This document shows, piece after piece, positions 5,339 through 5,835 of a DNA stretch of 5,835 nt. The notes beneath the pieces were generated by a model that saw only the letters and a program-made list of their open reading frames with translations, ran no database searches and had not been told where the DNA came from. The DNA is taken from contig RHPI01002551.1 of assembly GCA_009103225.1 (NCBI GenBank), positions 1-5,835 of the forward strand, in the 5' to 3' direction. The number at the start of each line of letters is the position of its first letter. The first letter of the stretch is position 1. A program made the translations under genes and the position numbers. This DNA comes from Chlorokybus atmophyticus. Lineage: Eukaryota > Plantae > Mesostigma and Chlorokybus algae.

Positions 5339-5835
5339 GTGATGCATTGATCCCCACATAAGGTTGCAACTTAGCTTTATACCACATGTCGCTCCCGGAC
5401 CTGGCACACGGTGTTCAAGGCCAACAAGGCCTTGTCAATGTGCGCTGATCTGTGACATGCCACTTTCCGACATAGGGATCATTGAACTCCACCTCGGGAG
5501 TATCTAACCAAGGCCTATTACCTCGGAGGCATCAACATGGACACAAGGTCATATTCATAGGCAAACAAGTTTAACCAAATATTAATTTAAAACTGTTGGG
5601 AGTGTTCAACACATGACAATACAGGTTGCCATCAACAGCTTACTGCTGTCTGTAGCAGACATACAATGGCACACATTCAATAGATAACCAGTTGTTACAC
5701 TGACATAAAGTGCCATGAACAGCTCACAGTTGCCCCATGATCACCATACATGTCGCACTAGCAGCCCTCGGCACGCCCTTCCCCCTCGCACAGCCCCTCA
5801 AGCAGCAGTTTGCCTCATCGACATCCGGATCCACC

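Noticed and set aside
1-5835. CRISPR arrays, rRNA, tRNA or prokaryotic operon structure
   Set aside because: No regularly spaced repeats and no tRNA or rRNA signatures; the gene structure is spliceosomal.

Overview
Eukaryotic genomic DNA with spliceosomal GT-AG introns. A green-lineage (alga or plant) origin is an inference from a telo-box and CTRAY-type branch sites. The left 3.4 kb holds one complete 8-exon + strand gene, CDS join(264..398,1166..1272,1367..1517,1737..1988,2065..2483,2562..2698,2803..2955,3123..3370), 1602 nt, 533 aa. All seven introns are GT-AG and phase-compatible. The protein is BTB/POZ - BACK - 'PR' linker, followed not by Kelch or PHR repeats but by an apparently complete, compact ALK/LTK-type glycine-rich domain (TNF-like strands plus polyglycine tracts). 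It has no signal peptide or TM segment, so it looks like a cytosolic Cullin3 substrate adaptor whose substrate-binding module is best known as the ligand-binding ectodomain of animal ALK/LTK receptor kinases. This fusion is the main finding. Most ORFs in the supplied track are intron read-throughs or antisense shadows of this gene. Upstream are a G-tract, a telo-box and four upstream ATGs. The right 2.4 kb has no convincing gene but carries four unexpectedly good hairpins, short microsatellites and a strand-composition flip that hints at a convergent neighbour.
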